Below the pieces are notes generated by a model that was not told the origin of the DNA, searched no databases, and worked only from the letters and a program-made list of their open reading frames with translations. This document shows, piece by piece, positions 29,169-39,540 of a stretch of 64,000 nucleotides of DNA (its first letter is position 1; each line of letters opens with the position of its first letter). The DNA lies in the NCBI GenBank assembly GCA_963706025.1, contig CAVPLM010000005.1, positions 512,001 through 576,000 of the forward strand. Direction: 5' to 3'. The stretch comes from an uncultured Actinomycetes bacterium. GTDB lineage: Bacteria; Actinomycetota; Thermoleophilia; RBG-16-64-13. Both the position numbers and the translations under genes were made by a program.

Positions 29169-32120
29169 TTGAGAACCAGCAGAGGGCTGCTGCCCAGACT
29201 CAACCCGCGCAACTGGTCCAGTTTCGCCTTGCGCATAGTGCTGCCGGCGGTCCTGGCCATCGTCCTCTTCATCATCGCCATCTTCCTGATACTGATCCCC
29301 TCGGCCGAGAACCAACTGCTGGAAGGCAAGAAAGCAACTGCCCAGGAACTGACGCGGGCCGCGGTCAGCATCCTGGACGAGTACTATGCCGAGGAAGCGT
29401 CGGGCAGTATGACCAGGGAACAGGCCCAGGAAGAGGCAGCCGCCCGGATCGAGAACCTGAGATACGGTGATGAGGGGAAGGACTACTTCTGGATAACGGA
29501 CACGTATCCCACGATGATCATGCATCCGTACGTTCCAGAGCTGAACGGCCAGGACCTGACGGATTACGAAGACGAGAACGGCAAGAAGATCTTCGTGGAG
29601 TTCGTGAACGCCGTGGAGGACGACGGCTCCGGTTGGGTGGAGTACTACTGGCAGTGGCAAGACGACCCCACCCAGATAGTCCCCAAGATCTCCTACGTGC
29701 AGCTCTTCGAGCCCTGGCAGTGGGTGATCGGTACCGGGATGTACGTCGAGGACGTGAACGCAGCCATAGCGGAGGTGGAGCGAAACCTGATCTACATCTC
29801 GCTGGCGATCGTGGTGGCGGTCGCCCTGCTGCTCCTCTACGGCATCCGTCAAAGCGTCAAGATCGACAGAAAGCGTGCGGTGGCCGAAGAGGGGCTCAGG
29901 GAGTCACACGAAAAATACCGGGCCTTGGTGGAGGCGGCCACTGAGGGCCTCCTTATGACCCTCGAAGGCAAGTGCGCCTATTCGAATCAACCGTTGCTCG
30001 ATATGCTCGGCTACAAGGCCGAGGAGCTCGCCGAGACGGATGTGACCCAGCTGTTCTACCGGGAGACGGCCGACGATCGCGAAGCGCTGGCCAACATCGA
30101 GGCCCTCTCGAAAGGCGAGACAGTCCCCGAGACCTTCGAAGCTCGCTTCCGGCACAAGGACGGGCGCCCGGTCGAAGTCCTGCTGACGCCGGCGCCCATC
30201 TCGTTGGCGGGGAGAGAGGGCTTCATCCTCATCGCCCGCGGCTTGACCGGGCAGAAGGCCATCGAGGCGGCGCTCGATGATACCAGGCGCCAGTTCAGGA
30301 CCATGTCCGATGCCCTCAGCTTGGGAGTGTTCCGCAGCACCTGGGGCCGCAAAGCGACGCTCTTGGAAGCGAACCCGGCCATGCGAAACATCCTTCGCCT
30401 TCCTGTGTCCGTTGAACTGGCCGGCGCCGACTGGTTAGACCGCATCGTCGACCCAGCTGAACGTGAGGCCCTGGTTGCCCGACTGAACAGCGACAAGGCG
30501 GTGCAGGATTACCAGCTGGGACTCCGGCGTGAGGACGGAGGAAGAGTGGATGTGTCGTTGTTCGCCGTGCTGGTGGATGACGACAGCGGTGAACCACTTT
30601 ATTGCGACGGCATCTTCGAAGACATCACCCAGAAGAGAAAGGGCGCGGAGGAACGGGAGGCGCTGATCGCGCAACTACAGACGTCACTGTTCTTCCTGCA
30701 GGAGCCCATCACCCAGGCCGTGACACCGGCCGTGTCGGTGGAGATCGCCCAGACCGTATCCCGCGCCGCGGTCCTTATGACCAAGAACCGGGCCGGCGCG
30801 GTGTTCGTCAACGGTCCTGACGGAGAGCTCATGGGGATCGCGACCGACCATGATTTCCGTGAACGCGTGGTGGCTGAAGGTATTTCTCCAGAGGCCCCGA
30901 TGAGTTCGATCATGACCGCTCCCGTTGCCTCCATATCGTCCCAGGCGCCGATCTATGAAGCGCTTCTTCGCATGCAGGAAAGGAACGTGGATCACCTGGC
31001 GGTAATGGATGAGAGCGGCAAGCTTGTGGGCATAGTCCGTCTTCGCGACTTGGTCCAGTATCAGCGGTCTTCCTCGGTCGTCATCACCGACTCGATCCGG
31101 CGGGCGCGCTCGATAGACGACATCACCGAAGCCCACGCCAAGCTGCCCGAACTGGTCAAGGCCGTGGTCGACTCAGGAGCCGCCACCCGCTATGTCAACC
31201 GCATCATCTCCGGTGTTTCCGACGGGGTGGTCCAGCGGCTCGTGGCGATGGCGATCGATAGACTGGGACCCGCCCCGGCCCGCTTCGCCTTCCTGGCGCT
31301 CGGCAGCGAAGGCCGGGAGGAGCAGACGCTGCTTACCGACCAGGACAATGCGCTCCTGTACGAGGATCCACCGGCTGAGAGAGCCAAGGAGACCTCAGAA
31401 TACTTCCTGGCTCTGGGGACACTGGTGTGCGACTGGCTTGCTGAGGTGGGCTACTCCTATTGCGACGGTGGCGTCATGGCCAAGAACCCCCGATGGAACT
31501 TGCCCCGCTCGGTCTGGCGTCAGCAGTTCTCCCACTGGATCCACAATGCGGACCCACAGGAACTACTTGAACTCAACATGCTCTTCGACTTCCGTTGCGT
31601 ACATGGCGAGCAGCAACTCGCCCGCGAGTTGCGCGCGTGGGTCTTCGACCAAATGGAAGCCTATCCGCTCTTCTACCTGCACTTCGCTCAGAACGCCTTG
31701 CTGTACAAGCCGCCTCTGAGCCTGTTGGGTAATCTCCAGACCACCTCTTCGGATGAAGGCGTCAAGGCCCTCAGCCTCAAAGAGGCACTGATGCCGGTGG
31801 TGAACTCCGCCCGGCTCTATTCCCTGAGACATCGCATCGACTCCACCAACACTCTGGATAGGATCTCCGAGTTGCGGGACCGCGGGGTCCTGAGTCGCGA
31901 GTCCTACGAAGAGATGGCGCCGGACTACGAAACGCTCATGCGCATCAGGCTCCGCAGGCAGGCGGTCGCGATCGGCGAGAACCGCAAACCCAGCAACCTC
32001 ATCCCGCCGGAGGAGTTGACCTCTGCCGAAGAGATCAGGCTGAAGCGGCTCTTCACGCTCGCAGAGAACCTGCGCAAGAAGATAAGCTACGACTTCCTTG
32101 GGGGGATATCCGGCTTCTAA
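29169..32120 (+). CDS. Membrane sensor: sCache_2 - PAS - PAS - CBS pair - DUF294 nucleotidyltransferase/DUF294_C
   Basis: TM, RYG..DYFWI..MIMHP..KISYV..W.W.IGTG.Y, TM, two PAS domains (DIT end), CBS pair, LGSEGREEQTLLTDQDNAL, GGVMAKNPRW, FDFR. Confidence 0.88.
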   Translation: MRTSRGLLPRLNPRNWSSFALRIVLPAVLAIVLFIIAIFLILIPSAENQLLEGKKATAQELTRAAVSILDEYYAEEASGSMTREQAQEEAAARIENLRYGDEGKDYFWITDTYPTMIMHPYVPELNGQDLTDYEDENGKKIFVEFVNAVEDDGSGWVEYYWQWQDDPTQIVPKISYVQLFEPWQWVIGTGMYVEDVNAAIAEVERNLIYISLAIVVAVALLLLYGIRQSVKIDRKRAVAEEGLRESHEKYRALVEAATEGLLMTLEGKCAYSNQPLLDMLGYKAEELAETDVTQLFYRETADDREALANIEALSKGETVPETFEARFRHKDGRPVEVLLTPAPISLAGREGFILIARGLTGQKAIEAALDDTRRQFRTMSDALSLGVFRSTWGRKATLLEANPAMRNILRLPVSVELAGADWLDRIVDPAEREALVARLNSDKAVQDYQLGLRREDGGRVDVSLFAVLVDDDSGEPLYCDGIFEDITQKRKGAEEREALIAQLQTSLFFLQEPITQAVTPAVSVEIAQTVSRAAVLMTKNRAGAVFVNGPDGELMGIATDHDFRERVVAEGISPEAPMSSIMTAPVASISSQAPIYEALLRMQERNVDHLAVMDESGKLVGIVRLRDLVQYQRSSSVVITDSIRRARSIDDITEAHAKLPELVKAVVDSGAATRYVNRIISGVSDGVVQRLVAMAIDRLGPAPARFAFLALGSEGREEQTLLTDQDNALLYEDPPAERAKETSEYFLALGTLVCDWLAEVGYSYCDGGVMAKNPRWNLPRSVWRQQFSHWIHNADPQELLELNMLFDFRCVHGEQQLARELRAWVFDQMEAYPLFYLHFAQNALLYKPPLSLLGNLQTTSSDEGVKALSLKEALMPVVNSARLYSLRHRIDSTNTLDRISELRDRGVLSRESYEEMAPDYETLMRIRLRRQAVAIGENRKPSNLIPPEELTSAEEIRLKRLFTLAENLRKKISYDFLGGISGF

Positions 32121-32425
32121 GAGCTCGTTTCAGAATGACGCTTTGCCGACAGGGTGCGATCGGCGCGAGTGAGGCGAGGACTAGAGGGAGCGCTCGTAGA
32201 CACCTCGGATACCGGGTCTCCTGCAGCTGCGTTTCGCTGCGCGGCACGATTCTTCCGGAGACCCGGTATTCCTCCTCATATGGGGAGCCGCATTTGTCTC
32301 CGGGAAACATCGTCGCAAAACGCAGTTGGACGGAGGCAAGGCGGCGACCGGGCGCGACTGAGGACGATGGATCGCTCCGCCCAGCGCGGAATGAGGCGGC
32401 CAAGACTTCATTCTGAAACGAGTTC
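32121..32425. mobile_element. Non-autonomous MITE, 305 bp
   Basis: TIR gagctcgtttcagaatga / tcattctgaaacgagttc (17 of 18 match), flanked by TAA and TAG, no transposase. Confidence 0.8.
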
Positions 32426-33297
32426 TAGGACCGCGGGCCTCGCCGGGCCGGCTGGGCGCTTCGGCGCCCCAGCCGCCAGGCGAGGCCCCGTCCAGGCGCG
32501 AACAGGAACGCGAGCAGAAAAATGGCGGTCGCCACCAGAACGATCGCGCCCCCGGACGCTACATCGAGGTAGTAGCTCGCATAGAGGCCTCCCACGGCCG
32601 ACAGGACCCCGATGAACGCCGAGACCACCATCATGACGGGCAATCTGCGCGTGAGCAGGTACGCGGCCGCGGGCGGAGTGACCAGCATGGCTGCTACCAA
32701 CGCCACCCCGACCGTCTGAAGCGAGATCACGATGGTGACGGCCAACATCAAGAACAGGCCCGTCTGCAGCGCGTGCGTGCGCAACCCAAGCGTCTGCCCC
32801 AAGATGGGGTCGAACGACACCACCAGGAGCCTTCGGTAGAGCAGGAGGATCGCCGCCAGGACCAGGAAAGCCAGGGCCCCGGTGATCCAAACATCGGTGG
32901 CGGTCACCCCTAGGACGTTGCCGAAGAGCACGTGCGTTAGATCGAGGGCATAGGTTCGCACGGTGCTTATCAGCACCACCCCCAGAGCCAGAGCCGCCGC
33001 GAAGAATATCCCTATGGCAGTATCTTCCCTGATCGCGCCGCCGCGGGACACGTAACTGATGCCCACGGCGACGATCAGACCGGCAACAAGCGCCCCGGCG
33101 AGGAGATTCGCCCCCACCAGATATGCCACGGCCACTCCGGGCAGGATCGCGTGTGCCAACGCGTCCCCCAGGAAGGCCATCGAGCGCAGCACCACGTAGC
33201 AGCCCAAAACTGCGCACACCACCCCCACGATGACCGATGCCATCAACGCCTTCTGCATGAAGCCGAGAGCAAAGGGTTCCGTCAGCCAGGCGATCAC
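32425..33297 (-). CDS. znuB: Zn/Mn ABC transporter permease
   Basis: GDALAHAILPG, EDTAIG, LFGNVL, SFDP, VGVALV. Confidence 0.9.
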   Translation of the reverse strand: MIAWLTEPFALGFMQKALMASVIVGVVCAVLGCYVVLRSMAFLGDALAHAILPGVAVAYLVGANLLAGALVAGLIVAVGISYVSRGGAIREDTAIGIFFAAALALGVVLISTVRTYALDLTHVLFGNVLGVTATDVWITGALAFLVLAAILLLYRRLLVVSFDPILGQTLGLRTHALQTGLFLMLAVTIVISLQTVGVALVAAMLVTPPAAAYLLTRRLPVMMVVSAFIGVLSAVGGLYASYYLDVASGGAIVLVATAIFLLAFLFAPGRGLAWRLGRRSAQPARRGPRS

Positions 33298-34133
33298 CTT
33301 GGATCACCGCCTCCAGAGCTACCTTCGCGCTCATGAGCAGGACCGTGCCCGGCCGGATGGTCTTCCGGCCCATGGCCTCCGCAGCACTGATCGACGACGA
33401 TAGTCCTACCATTCAGGACGACCATCTGACCTCCAAAGGCCGCCTGCAGATGCTCCTGCGTGAACACCTCTTGGGGCCTGCCCATGCTGATAAGACGCGT
33501 GTTCAACAGCGCCACCTGGTCGAAACGTCCGGCCGCGAGATCAAGATCATGAGTCGAGACAAGCACCGTGACCGCACGGGCACGCAGCCCGGCCAGCAGC
33601 TCGAGAGTGGCCTCTCGCGTACCGATATCCACCCCGGTAAAGGGTTCATCGAGCAGAAGCACGTGCGGCTCCTGCGCCAGAGCGCGGGCGAGAAAGACCC
33701 GCTGCTGCTGCCCTCCTGAAAGCTCACCAATGGGCCGCTGGGCCAACTCGGTTATGGCCAACCGCTCCAGGCATCGCCCGACCATGTCTCGATCGCCGGA
33801 TGACAGGCGCCGCAACCAGCGTCCCCTGCCGTACCGCCCCATGGCGACGACATCGAACACCGTGACAGGAAAGCGCCAATCGACCTCTTCCCGCTGAGGC
33901 ACGTAGGCCACCGGATCCCGGTACTCGGCGAGGGGCCGGCCATGCATGAGCATCTCTCCAGTACGAAGAGGTAGCAGTCCCACCAGGGCTTTGAAGAGCG
34001 TGGATTTGCCGGCCCCATTAGGTCCCACCACCGCCACTTGGGCTCCGTGGGGAACGTCCAGAGAGACCGAATCCAGCGCCAAACGCCCGCCATAGAAGAC
34101 GCTGACGTCACGGAGTTCCAGGAGCTCGTTCAC
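33294..34133 (-). CDS. znuC: Zn/Mn ABC transporter ATP-binding protein
   Basis: GPNGAGKST, YVPQR, LSGGQQQR, LLDEPF; His/Cys-rich tail. Confidence 0.9.
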   Translation of the reverse strand: MNELLELRDVSVFYGGRLALDSVSLDVPHGAQVAVVGPNGAGKSTLFKALVGLLPLRTGEMLMHGRPLAEYRDPVAYVPQREEVDWRFPVTVFDVVAMGRYGRGRWLRRLSSGDRDMVGRCLERLAITELAQRPIGELSGGQQQRVFLARALAQEPHVLLLDEPFTGVDIGTREATLELLAGLRARAVTVLVSTHDLDLAAGRFDQVALLNTRLISMGRPQEVFTQEHLQAAFGGQMVVLNGRTIVVDQCCGGHGPEDHPAGHGPAHEREGSSGGGDPR

Positions 34134-34143
34134 CGGAGCGCGT

Positions 34144-34587
34144 CTACGCCGCTCTTTCGCCGTTCTGGGCGCATTCCCGACACAGTCCGAGCAGCTCCAA
34201 GTAATGATGGCTGATGACGAATCCCGTCTCCTCACCAGCTCCTTCGATCGTCTGCGCGAGATCGCAGGCGGAGAACTCGGCCACTCGGCCGCATCCGGTA
34301 CACAGCACATGGTGACCATGAAGGGCCGAGCAGAGAACGAGACCCTCCCCGCCGTCGGTCTGGTGGACCCGCCGCAGGCAGCCGCCGTCCTCCAATAGAT
34401 CGACGGTCCGATACACGGTGGCCAGACCGAGATCCGGACACTCGTGGTGGGCCTCGTCGAGAATGCCCTGCGGAGTCAGGGCCGCGGAGGCACGGCACAA
34501 CACCGAAAGAATGGCCATTCGCTGTCGGGTGATGCGCCACCCTCCATCGCGCAACCGGCCTGCGAGTTCCTGGGCCTCGATCAACAT
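34144..34587 (-). CDS. zur: Fur family regulator (Zur-like)
   Basis: RITRQR, LATVYR, HGHHVLCTGCG, GLCREC; lies upstream of znuCB. Confidence 0.85.
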   Translation of the reverse strand: MLIEAQELAGRLRDGGWRITRQRMAILSVLCRASAALTPQGILDEAHHECPDLGLATVYRTVDLLEDGGCLRRVHQTDGGEGLVLCSALHGHHVLCTGCGRVAEFSACDLAQTIEGAGEETGFVISHHYLELLGLCRECAQNGERAA

Positions 34588-34597
34588 CGCTCCTTAC

Positions 34598-34614
34598 TTG
34601 AGAACAGTTCTCAA
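34598..34614. promoter_or_regulatory. Zur/Fur box
   Basis: Perfect 8-1-8 palindrome TTGAGAAC-A-GTTCTCAA just upstream of the zur start. Confidence 0.8.
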
Positions 34615-34659
34615 ATAGAACGATGTTAGCACGCCCGAGTCCGCCGCGATCCCCGAACG

Positions 34660-35391
34660 CTACTTGATCCTGCCTACTCGCTCGAGCAGAGCGCGGTCTT
34701 TGATATGCACTTTGCGGCCCCGGGTCTCCACCGCCCCGGTCCGAGCCAGTTGCTGAAAGGCGCGGGACAGGGTCTCCGGCACCGTCCCGACCGCCGCCGA
34801 CAGCTGCGTCCTGGAGAGCTCGAGTTCCACGACCTGTTCTTGCTCCCCCTCGGCGGCCAGCGACAGGAGATGGGCCGCGAGCCGCTCGGCCACTTCACGC
34901 AACGAGAGATCCTCGATAAGCGATGTGAACGAGCGAAGGCGCGCCGACAAAGCAGCCAGGAGGCGCAGGGCCACTTCCGGCTCGCGGCGTACCATGTCGA
35001 GAAACGCCTGCCGGGGGACGTAGAGCGCCTCGCTCGGCTCCAGGGTCTCGGCGTTGGCGGGATACGACTCCCCGGCAAGCACCGCCACTTCGCCGACCGG
35101 CTCGCCCGGTCCCATGATCATCAGGGTCTGCTCCCGGCCCTTTGGTGACATCTTGAACACCTTGACCCGACCGCTGACCACAACGTACATACCCTGAGCC
35201 CGGTCGCCTTCAAGGAACACGGTCTGTCTGCCGGCAAAGCGCCTCCGCCGGCTCCTGGATATGAGCTCCTGCAGATGTCCATCGTCCAGGCCTTCGAACA
35301 GACTCGCCCGCCTGAGGATCTCGGCGAGTCCCGGTTCTGCGCTCGTGCCTGTTCGCACAGTCGACCGATCTATCACAACGTCTCTTCTCAC
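34660..35391 (-). CDS. Crp/Fnr family regulator (HcpR-like)
   Basis: cNMP-binding fold and HTH GTVPETLSR; divergent from hcp. Confidence 0.88.
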   Translation of the reverse strand: MRRDVVIDRSTVRTGTSAEPGLAEILRRASLFEGLDDGHLQELISRSRRRRFAGRQTVFLEGDRAQGMYVVVSGRVKVFKMSPKGREQTLMIMGPGEPVGEVAVLAGESYPANAETLEPSEALYVPRQAFLDMVRREPEVALRLLAALSARLRSFTSLIEDLSLREVAERLAAHLLSLAAEGEQEQVVELELSRTQLSAAVGTVPETLSRAFQQLARTGAVETRGRKVHIKDRALLERVGRIK

Positions 35392-35415
35392 CTTGACCCC
35401 TGGGGGTCGGACGCA

Positions 35416-35431
35416 CTTGACTTAGATCAAG
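35416..35431. promoter_or_regulatory. Fnr/HcpR-type binding site
   Basis: cTTGAC-ttag-ATCAAg between the regulator and hcp. Confidence 0.75.
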
Positions 35432-35537
35432 GGCAAGGGCCGGCGACTATGTTAGCTTCTGAACGGGAAAACAAGAACACAGTGCTGACCATCCTGGGGA
35501 TGGGCAGACACGGACAGACTAACCGAGGAGGACACCG

Positions 35538-37169
35538 ATGTTTTGCTACCAATGCGAGCAGACCGCAAGGTCGACGGCATGCACCGTCAAGGGGGTATGC
35601 GGCAAAGTGGACGATGTGGCGGCCATCCAGGACGCCATGGTGCACGCGCTCAAAGGCCTGGCGATCGTGGCCGAGAAGGCTGCTCCAGAAGGCATCGCTC
35701 TCGGTGACACCTCCACTTTTTTGGCCGAGTCATTGTTCATGACCCTCACGAACGTGAACTTCGACCCCGAGCCCCTGGCGAGCCAAGTCCATGAGGCCGT
35801 CGAGAGACGCGACGCTCTCAGGGCTGCTCTCGCCAAGAAACAGCCGGCGGTCACCTTCGCCGAAGGACCGGCCTCGTTCGTGCCTGCCGACACGGTGGCC
35901 GGACTGGCGGACCAGGGTCGCGAGCACGATGTCAACACGGAGGCGTCGTCAGACCCCAACATCCGCTCACTGCAGCATACCGTGCTTTACGGCCTCAAGG
36001 GACTCGCAGCGTACGCGTTCCATGCCGCCGAGTTGGGTTACCGGGACGACGCCGTGGACGGCTACCTCGTCGAAGCCCTGGCGGATCTCGCCCGCCACGA
36101 CGAAGGCGACCTCAATGATTGGATCGGCAAAGCCCTCCGTTGCGGCGAGATCAACTACAAGACCATGGAGCTGCTCGACCGGGGCAATACTGAGACCTTT
36201 GGCACCCCCACACCGACGGAGGTGCCGCTGGGTGTCAAAGCCGGGAAAGCCATACTGGTCTCCGGCCACGACCTGCTCGATCTCGACGAGCTCCTCAAGC
36301 AGACCGAGGGCAAAGGGATCACCATCTACACGCATGGCGAGATGCTGCCGGCCCACGGTTATCCCAAGCTCAAGGCCTATCCGCAGCTGTACGGCAACTA
36401 CGGCACCGCTTGGCAGAACCAGAAGAAGGAGTTCGCCGAGTTCCCCGGGGCCATCTTGATGACCACCAACTGCATCCAGGAACCCCAGGCCTCCTACGTC
36501 GACAACATCTTCACCAGGGCGACCGTCGGATGGCCGGGTGCTAGACATATCGAGAACCGCGATTTCAGTGCGGTCGTCGAGCGGGCGCTGGCGCTGCCCG
36601 GGTTCCCCGAGGATGCGCCCGGTAAGACGGTCCACGTGGGCTTCATGCGGAACGCGGTGCTCGATCACGCTGAGAAGATTATCGAGTTGGTCAAGGCCGG
36701 CAAGATCCGCCACTTCTTCCTGGTCGGTGGATGTGACGGGGCCAAACCGGGCCGCGACTACTACACTAGATTCGTCGAGGAAGCCCCCGCCGATACAGTG
36801 ATCCTCACTCTTGCCTGCGGCAAGTACCGCTTCTACGACAAGGATCTGGGATCGATCGACGGCATCCCCCGCCTGCTCGACATGGGACAATGCAACGACG
36901 CCTATTCCGCCATCCAGGTGGCCCTCGGCCTGGCCGATGCATTCGAGGTCGGGGTCAACGATCTGCCCCTTACCCTCATACTCTCGTGGTACGAGCAGAA
37001 GGCCGCGGCCATACTTCTCACGCTGCTGTACCTTGGTCTCAAGGACATGCGGCTCGGCCCCACTATGCCGGCTTTCTTGACCCCGGACGTGGCCAAGTTC
37101 ATCGTCGACACCTACAACCTGCACCCAATAACCACTCCAGAAGAAGACCTGCAGACCATCCTGGCCTGA
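35538..37169 (+). CDS. hcp: Hybrid cluster protein (hydroxylamine/NO reductase)
   Basis: MFCYQCEQT..C...GVCGK, YTHGEMLPAH, TTNC, GGCDG, GQCNDAYSA, SWYEQKA. Confidence 0.97.
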   Translation: MFCYQCEQTARSTACTVKGVCGKVDDVAAIQDAMVHALKGLAIVAEKAAPEGIALGDTSTFLAESLFMTLTNVNFDPEPLASQVHEAVERRDALRAALAKKQPAVTFAEGPASFVPADTVAGLADQGREHDVNTEASSDPNIRSLQHTVLYGLKGLAAYAFHAAELGYRDDAVDGYLVEALADLARHDEGDLNDWIGKALRCGEINYKTMELLDRGNTETFGTPTPTEVPLGVKAGKAILVSGHDLLDLDELLKQTEGKGITIYTHGEMLPAHGYPKLKAYPQLYGNYGTAWQNQKKEFAEFPGAILMTTNCIQEPQASYVDNIFTRATVGWPGARHIENRDFSAVVERALALPGFPEDAPGKTVHVGFMRNAVLDHAEKIIELVKAGKIRHFFLVGGCDGAKPGRDYYTRFVEEAPADTVILTLACGKYRFYDKDLGSIDGIPRLLDMGQCNDAYSAIQVALGLADAFEVGVNDLPLTLILSWYEQKAAAILLTLLYLGLKDMRLGPTMPAFLTPDVAKFIVDTYNLHPITTPEEDLQTILA

Positions 37170-37196
37170 TTCTGGCCTGCTGCACGGACCCGGTGC

Positions 37197-37233
37197 GCGA
37201 GAAGGCCCGCCTGAATCAGGCGGGCCTTCTCGC
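37197..37233. terminator. Hairpin between convergent hcp and hisG
   Basis: gcgagaaggcccgcctga-a-tcaggcgggccttctcgc. Confidence 0.8.
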
Positions 37234-37277
37234 TACCTTCTGAGATGGGTCCGAGCGCTGCCCCGACCGCCCCAGGG

Positions 37278-38147
37278 TCACATGACGATCTTGTTGAGCG
37301 GGTACTCCACTATGCCCTGGGCACCGGCTTCCTTGAGACGGGGGATGATGGTACGCACCGTAGATTCGTCGATGATGGTGTTCACTGCCAGCCATTCCTC
37401 GTCGCTGAGCGCGGAGATCGTCGGCTTGAGGAGAGCGGGCAAGGTCTCGAGCACCGTCGGAAGATCGCGCCGACGCACGTTGAGCATGAGGCCCACCTTG
37501 CCTAACGCAGCCATGGCTCCCTCCAGGAGCATGGCCAGGTCTTCCAGCTTGCGACGCTTTTCAGGGTCTTCCCAGGAATCAAGGTTGGCGATGAGTTGGG
37601 TGTTCGACTCCAGGACCGTCTCGATGATCCGCAGCTTGTTGGCCCTGAGAGAGCTGCCCGTCTCGGTCACCTCCACGATGGCGTCGGCCAACTCCGGCGG
37701 TTTGACCTCCGTGGCTCCCCAGCTGAACTCCACCTTGGCCTTCACTCCCTTTTCGGCCAGATAGCGCTTGGTGGTGGCGACCAACTCGGTGGCTATGATC
37801 TTTCCTTCCAGGTCGTGGACGCTGTGGAACGGCGACGCCTCGGGAGCGGCCAGGACCCAGCGTACCTTCCCAAAACTCTGTTTGGCGTAGACCAGATCGC
37901 ACACCGGATGTACTACCGCCTCGTTCTCCTGAACCCAATCCAACCCGGTGATGCCCGCATCCAGGAGGCCGTTTGCCACGTAGCGCGCCATCTCTTGAGC
38001 CCGGATCAGCACGCACTCGATCTCGGGGTCGTCGATCACGGGGAAGTAAGAGCGGCTGCTGGTGCTTACGTTGAAGCCCGCCCGGCGCAACAGCTCGACG
38101 GTGGCGTTCTCCAGGCTGCCCTTCGGGATTCCCATCTTCAGGATCAT
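37278..38147 (-). CDS. hisG: ATP phosphoribosyltransferase (long form)
   Basis: [41 protein letters not shown]-terminal regulatory domain. Confidence 0.95.
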   Translation of the reverse strand: MILKMGIPKGSLENATVELLRRAGFNVSTSSRSYFPVIDDPEIECVLIRAQEMARYVANGLLDAGITGLDWVQENEAVVHPVCDLVYAKQSFGKVRWVLAAPEASPFHSVHDLEGKIIATELVATTKRYLAEKGVKAKVEFSWGATEVKPPELADAIVEVTETGSSLRANKLRIIETVLESNTQLIANLDSWEDPEKRRKLEDLAMLLEGAMAALGKVGLMLNVRRRDLPTVLETLPALLKPTISALSDEEWLAVNTIIDESTVRTIIPRLKEAGAQGIVEYPLNKIVM

Positions 38148-38303
38148 ATGGTTCTCTCCGCCACTCGAGAATTGAACGCGGCTCTTTTGCCACCAACCGG
38201 GCCGGCGATGCACCGGAGGGAGCGCCAGCGAATTATAACGCGGCGATACACTCCCGGGATCCGAGCGCCGTTCGGTTCGGGATGCCGGGCGGTCTTCCGA
38301 GCC

Positions 38304-39479
38304 TCACTCAAGACCCTCCTCGGCGTGCTTGGCGGCTATGGCGGCCGCCAGCTCGTCGACGCGAGAAAGGTCTTCCGCGCGGGGAGAGCCCCTGACCAAG
38401 AGGGGCTCCATCATCTCCGCCTTGAGTCCAGCGGTGAGCGAGATGACCACGTCCACCACGTTGCTCGCCCATCCGTAGGATGCCAGAACCGCGAGGTGCC
38501 GCACCGGGGGCCGCAGGGCACCAATGAGGTAAAGAGCGGACATCATCGCCGGATGGGGGTTGGTGAGAACGGTGGGAGTAGCGACCACGAGCGTGGCAGC
38601 GTCGACCAGGGCAGCGGCGAGCCGCCCGAGATCCACGGTCGACAGGTCAAAGCGCTCGACCCTCACTCCTCGAACGGCCAGTGCTCCCGTCAGATGCTCC
38701 ACCAGAGCCAAGGTGCTGCCGTGCATGGTCACGTAAGGGATCACCACCAGGTTGCGTGCAGGTCCGTCCACCCAGTCACGATAGGCATTCATGATCACCG
38801 ACGGGTGCCCGTGGATCGGTCCGTGGCTGGGAGCGATCGCGTCGAGATCCAGCGTCCCCAACTTCTCGAGGTTCTTTCTGACCGCGGGCCGGAGCGGCAT
38901 CATGATCTCGGCGAAATAGCGCTTGGCCGCAGGAAGGACCTCCTCGTCCCGTCCGAACAGGTCACTGGTGGCCAAGTGCGATCCGAACAGGTCGCAACTC
39001 AGAAGCATCCGGTCTTCGACGAGATAAGTGGACATAGTCTCCGGCCAGTGCACCCAGGGAGTGTGAAGGAATCGAAGCGTCTTGTCTCCGAGCGAAAGCT
39101 CCTCGCCGTCCGCCACAGCCGTCAGCGCCTCGGCTGGGACATGGAGGTGAGTTGCCAGCAGGTCGATCGCCTTCGGGCTGCAGAGGACCCGAGCCTTGGG
39201 ATAGCGGGACATGACCACGGGCAGCGAGCCCGAATGATCCTGCTCCGCGTGTTGAATCACGATGTAATCGAGGCTTTCGACTCCCTCCAAGTACTCCAGG
39301 AGTACCTCTGTCTTGGACGGGTCCACCGTATCGAAGAGGACCGTCTTCTCGCTTCCCTGTACCAGGTAGGCGTTGTAGCTGGTACCTTCGGGCAGCGGGA
39401 TCAGGGCGTCGAACAGCCGCCTGTCCCAGTCGACGGCCCCCACGTAGTAGACACCCGGCACTATTTCACGCGGTCTCAT
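38304..39479 (-). CDS. fprA: Flavodiiron protein (FprA family)
   Basis: GTSYNAYL, HAEQDHSG, HWPE, SCDLFG, PSHG, flavodoxin domain SYGW. Confidence 0.92.
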   Translation of the reverse strand: MRPREIVPGVYYVGAVDWDRRLFDALIPLPEGTSYNAYLVQGSEKTVLFDTVDPSKTEVLLEYLEGVESLDYIVIQHAEQDHSGSLPVVMSRYPKARVLCSPKAIDLLATHLHVPAEALTAVADGEELSLGDKTLRFLHTPWVHWPETMSTYLVEDRMLLSCDLFGSHLATSDLFGRDEEVLPAAKRYFAEIMMPLRPAVRKNLEKLGTLDLDAIAPSHGPIHGHPSVIMNAYRDWVDGPARNLVVIPYVTMHGSTLALVEHLTGALAVRGVRVERFDLSTVDLGRLAAALVDAATLVVATPTVLTNPHPAMMSALYLIGALRPPVRHLAVLASYGWASNVVDVVISLTAGLKAEMMEPLLVRGSPRAEDLSRVDELAAAIAAKHAEEGLE

Positions 39480-39540
39480 ATCTCCCAGCCTCCGGGACGG
39501 CGCAGCCGATCCTCATCGGCCGGTCACTCGCCCCTGTCGT

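Noticed and set aside
32135-32615. ORFs inside and across the 305-bp element as a transposase
   Set aside because: They are short, have no DDE or HUH motifs, and have low-complexity Arg/Ala-rich translations.
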